From contig MCFE01000205.1 of assembly GCA_002104905.1 (NCBI GenBank), forward strand, positions 66,071 through 130,070: a stretch of DNA of 64,000 nucleotides. The letters are read 5' to 3'. Both the position numbers and the translations under genes were made by a program. Shown piece by piece: positions 61,111-64,000 of this stretch (position 1 is its first letter; every line of letters begins with the position of its first letter). This DNA comes from Basidiobolus meristosporus CBS 931.73 (Eukaryota; Fungi; Basidiobolomycota). The notes below the pieces were generated by a model. That model saw only the letters and a program-made list of their open reading frames with translations, had not been told where the DNA came from and searched no databases.

Positions 61111-63808
61111 GGGGAGACAGTCACCAACAGGTGAAATCTTTATTTCAGTTGAAACAATGAAGCCAGCGCTACTGTTGTAGCTTTGATACAAGAGTGTGTA
61201 GCTGAGGGGAATTTGTAGGTAAGTTAATAAGAAGTGTTGATAGTTCTTCAGTGCTCAAGACACTGTTCAGTGGGAAGGGGGGTAGCAAGAGAGGTAAGAA
61301 TGACTTGTGAACAACATTAATGAGGGGAATGTGATAAGGATTGATATTCATCATAAAGGGAGTGTGCTGCTGCAGATATTGCTGCCAAAGGTCTGTCAAG
61401 TACTTCAGGTAGGCCAGCTTGGGTTTTTCTGACTGCAGAATATAGTGTGCAAACTTCTTGACTTCAGGATCTCCAAGTATAGTTCTCCAGCAGGAGTCAG
61501 GTGTTGTGTGGTGTGTTCTCTTCCAGGCCTTAATCAGTGGGTTGTTGCAGTTGTGAAGTCTGAGGTATAATCTGGTTCTAAGGTAGAGAAGTCTGATCTT
61601 ATAGGGCATAAGCCCAAAAGCACCAAGAATAGCATGTCTGTAGGGGCATTCAGGCAAATGAGGCACCAAGGAGGTAATGCACCATACTGCAAACTTGTCA
61701 AGCTTAGTGCAGTCTCTAGAAGTAAGAGAGAGAAGTGGTAAGCCAAATTCCAGGACAGGGAAGACAAACTGCTTGAGTAGAAGGAGGCAGCTGGGAGCTG
61801 AAGTTGTAGGAGGAGTAACAGCCAGTAGCTTGTGGAGTGCCTGTATTGCCAGGATAATTCTCTTCTTCAGGTGTGCTCCAGAGTCTAGTCCAGTAGGAAG
61901 GAAAGGAAAGCCAAGATATGTAGCAGAAACCTGAGCAGGTAGAGTGGAGTTCTCCAAGTTGATAGGAGAGCCCAAAGGTACTGTCTTTGCAATGGAAAGC
62001 TGGAGATTATTCTTCTGCAGATACTGCTGGATGGTCTGGGAGTCTTGTTGCACATTGGAGGAGGATATTCTGATGTCACCAGCAAAGAGAGTAACCAGGC
62101 AGTCAGCTGAGAGTCTTGGGAAATCATTCAGGAAGATGGCAAACAGTACAGGACCAAGCACAGAGCCTTGAACCACTCCATTAGGAACTGAGAACACAGC
62201 TGATTGCTCACTTGGGTGCAGAATTCTTGCTTGTGGATCCAGAAACAGAGACCTGACAAGGAGGGTGAGAGAGGTACTGGAGAAGCATTGCAACTTGGAC
62301 CAAAGCAGATTTCTGTCAACTGAATCAAAGGCCTTAGTAATAACAAACAGAACAGAGGGATACTTGCACTGGAGAGAGTGATCTTGGCTAAGTATGACTG
62401 CATATTCCAAGGAGAGGCCAGGAACAAAGCCAAACTGTGCAGGATGAAACTTGAGGGAGTCAGAGTAGAGCTCCTGAGCAAGCAGAAGCTCAAACACCTT
62501 TCTGCAGGTGGGCAGCAGAGATATTGGCCTGTAGGAGCTAGGATCCAGGTGCTTTCCTTTACCCTTGTACAGTGGCAGAACATTTGCAAAGGACCATTCC
62601 TCAGGAGTAGAAAGCTGGGCTGAGCATTGCTGAAACAGTGGAAGCAGAAGTGCAGACATGGCCTTGGTACTAGTCTTCAGAAGCTCATAAGAGATTGTGT
62701 CCACACCTGGAGCAGTAGAGTTGGGAAGCCTCTTGAGCACATTATGGATTCTCCTTTGATCAAGTGCAAGTGGGATGGGCAGAGTCTTGAAGTCAGGATG
62801 AAAGCCAGGAGTTGAGTACTGCTTTGTAGAGAAGAAGATGTTAGCCAGCTGTTCTGTTGAAGGTAACTTCCTGGAAGAGGGCCTCATTGCCCTGTAGAGT
62901 CTTGATACTGTTCTTGTTATAGAGTTGGAAGATTGCAGAGGCAAGGAACTCATAATATGATCCCAGAGCTGAGTATGCAGAGTGTGGTGAATTGCCTTGG
63001 AGTGGTGTATTGCTGTCAGGAGGAGTTTCTCTGTTTTTGGGTTAGGGAAACTCAGGTAGCTTTGTTGCAGGGCTGAAACAATGGATTCCCACTTTCTTGA
63101 GGTAACAGCAGTAGTCTTGCATGGCAGTAAGAGGGAGGCAGACACCAGAATCAGATGCTTCACAAGGAGCCAGGCATAGTTGAGATCATCTGGCAGAGAA
63201 AGTAGCAAGCTGGCAAGCTTCAAGTAGCTCCCAAAGTCTTTCTTCTGATTCTTGGTAGCTTTGTGGGTGAGCACAGTAAGTTTTGGCAGCTTCTTCTTCA
63301 CAACTGGTTGCATAGAAAGGGACCAGGCTGGATGGTCAGAGGCTCTCAAGGATCCTAGCTCAGCTCCAGAGAATTGCTTAACTTCATTCACAAAGTAGAG
63401 GGCAGCAGCAGAAGGGCAGATCCAGTCAGCACATCTTTTCTCAGATTGAGCACCTAGTGCTAGCAGGTGGCTTTCTCTCAGGAAGTTCAGTAGGAATGTA
63501 GACCTTGGCTTCATTCTTGCAGTCAGAGTAGTCTTGTTCTCAGGATGGGGAATGTTGAGATCTCCAAGCAAGATAACAGGTGTTGATATAGATTGTTGGT
63601 ATTGCTGAACCTTCTGGCATATAACTTGCACTTCTTGAAGGGCAAGACTTGGAGGCAGATAGCAGAGCACCAGACTGATAGTTGGCAACTGGAGAGCAGC
63701 ACAGTAAGGGGAGTAAAGAGGAACACAGAGCTGAGGAGTATTGATGGTAGAAGAGATGAAGCAGATAGAGGAGGTATTCTTTGTTCTAGGAGTAGAAAAG
63801 CAATATAC
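61111..63808 (-). mobile_element. Terminal non-LTR retrotransposon copy (APE endonuclease-RT), 5'-truncated and capped by the telomere
   Basis: 839-aa track ORF plus 40 further open codons up to the telomere; 3' UTR with AATAAA, no poly(A). Confidence 0.95.
61169..63808 (-). CDS. APE endonuclease (N-terminally truncated) + reverse transcriptase; no ATG start
   Basis: APE motifs VLCYLPP, ILLGDLN, DWI, SDH; RT motifs as in the inner copy but with FVITKAFD and LFAGDI. Confidence 0.9.
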   Translation of the reverse strand, partial: VYCFSTPRTKNTSSICFISSTINTPQLCVPLYSPYCAALQLPTISLVLCYLPPSLALQEVQVICQKVQQYQQSISTPVILLGDLNIPHPENKTTLTARMKPRSTFLLNFLRESHLLALGAQSEKRCADWICPSAAALYFVNEVKQFSGAELGSLRASDHPAWSLSMQPVVKKKLPKLTVLTHKATKNQKKDFGSYLKLASLLLSLPDDLNYAWLLVKHLILVSASLLLPCKTTAVTSRKWESIVSALQQSYLSFPNPKTEKLLLTAIHHSKAIHHTLHTQLWDHIMSSLPLQSSNSITRTVSRLYRAMRPSSRKLPSTEQLANIFFSTKQYSTPGFHPDFKTLPIPLALDQRRIHNVLKRLPNSTAPGVDTISYELLKTSTKAMSALLLPLFQQCSAQLSTPEEWSFANVLPLYKGKGKHLDPSSYRPISLLPTCRKVFELLLAQELYSDSLKFHPAQFGFVPGLSLEYAVILSQDHSLQCKYPSVLFVITKAFDSVDRNLLWSKLQCFSSTSLTLLVRSLFLDPQARILHPSEQSAVFSVPNGVVQGSVLGPVLFAIFLNDFPRLSADCLVTLFAGDIRISSSNVQQDSQTIQQYLQKNNLQLSIAKTVPLGSPINLENSTLPAQVSATYLGFPFLPTGLDSGAHLKKRIILAIQALHKLLAVTPPTTSAPSCLLLLKQFVFPVLEFGLPLLSLTSRDCTKLDKFAVWCITSLVPHLPECPYRHAILGAFGLMPYKIRLLYLRTRLYLRLHNCNNPLIKAWKRTHHTTPDSCWRTILGDPEVKKFAHYILQSEKPKLAYLKYLTDLWQQYLQQHTPFMMNINPYHIPLINVVHKSFLPLLLPPFPLNSVLSTEELSTLLINLPTNSPQLHTLVSKLQQ

Positions 63809-64000
63809 TTAGGGTTAGGGTTAGGGTTAGGGTTAGGGTTAGGGTTAGGGTTAGGGTTAGGGTTAGGGTTAGGGTTAGGGTTAGGGTTAGGGTTAGGGTT
63901 AGGGTTAGGGTTAGGGTTAGGGTTAGGGTTAGGGTTAGGGTTAGGGTTAGGGTTAGGGTTAGGGTTAGGGTTAGGGTTAGGGTTAGGGTTAGGGTTTAGG
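63809..64000 (+). repeat. Telomere (TTAGGG)31 plus a terminal TTTAGG
   Basis: Perfect tandem TTAGGG, G-rich strand 5'->3' toward the window end. Confidence 0.99.

Noticed and set aside
63039-63047. Internal GGGTTAGGG in the LINE ORF (also 61002-61010) as a further telomere junction
   Set aside because: In frame (F-P-N-P-K) and identical in both copies with continuous flanks; the actual truncation lies ~90 bp away
59132-63808. Telomerase RT or endonuclease-less Penelope (Athena/Coprina) identity for the terminal elements
   Set aside because: RT motifs (YRPISLL, QFGF, KAFDSV, QG..LGP) and upstream APE motifs are LINE-type
63995-64000. TTTAGG variant telomere unit
   Set aside because: Last six bases of the window; likely a read-end or consensus error

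Overview
This is the last 64 kb of a eukaryotic chromosome arm, ending in a (TTAGGG)n telomere at 63809-64000. Short introns, the gene content and the TE types point to a fungus, probably an early-diverging lineage; this is inference. About two thirds of the window is CpG-depleted, nested transposon debris: Ty3/gypsy and Ty1/copia LTR elements, solo LTRs, a PHIS-superfamily DNA transposon family with ANT target duplications (Pangu-like) and its foldback MITE, CACTA-like relics, and one unidentified repeat family. Two CpG-rich gene islands (about 25.4-30.5 kb and 44.8-56.2 kb) interrupt it. They carry an F-BAR/RhoGAP gene, an intronless S8 subtilase, a small secreted protein with seven Cys-bracketed repeats, and an Angel/CCR4-family gene. 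The most striking structure is the chromosome end. A head-to-tail array of 5'-truncated APE-endonuclease/RT non-LTR retrotransposons lies there, all with 5' ends toward the telomere. Each 3' end has no poly(A) and is fused to a short TTAGGG remnant, and the outermost copy is capped mid-ORF by the telomere. A diverged relative with the same 3' signature at 56739 appears to mark an older chromosome end. All alignments, counts and exon calls were made by eye.
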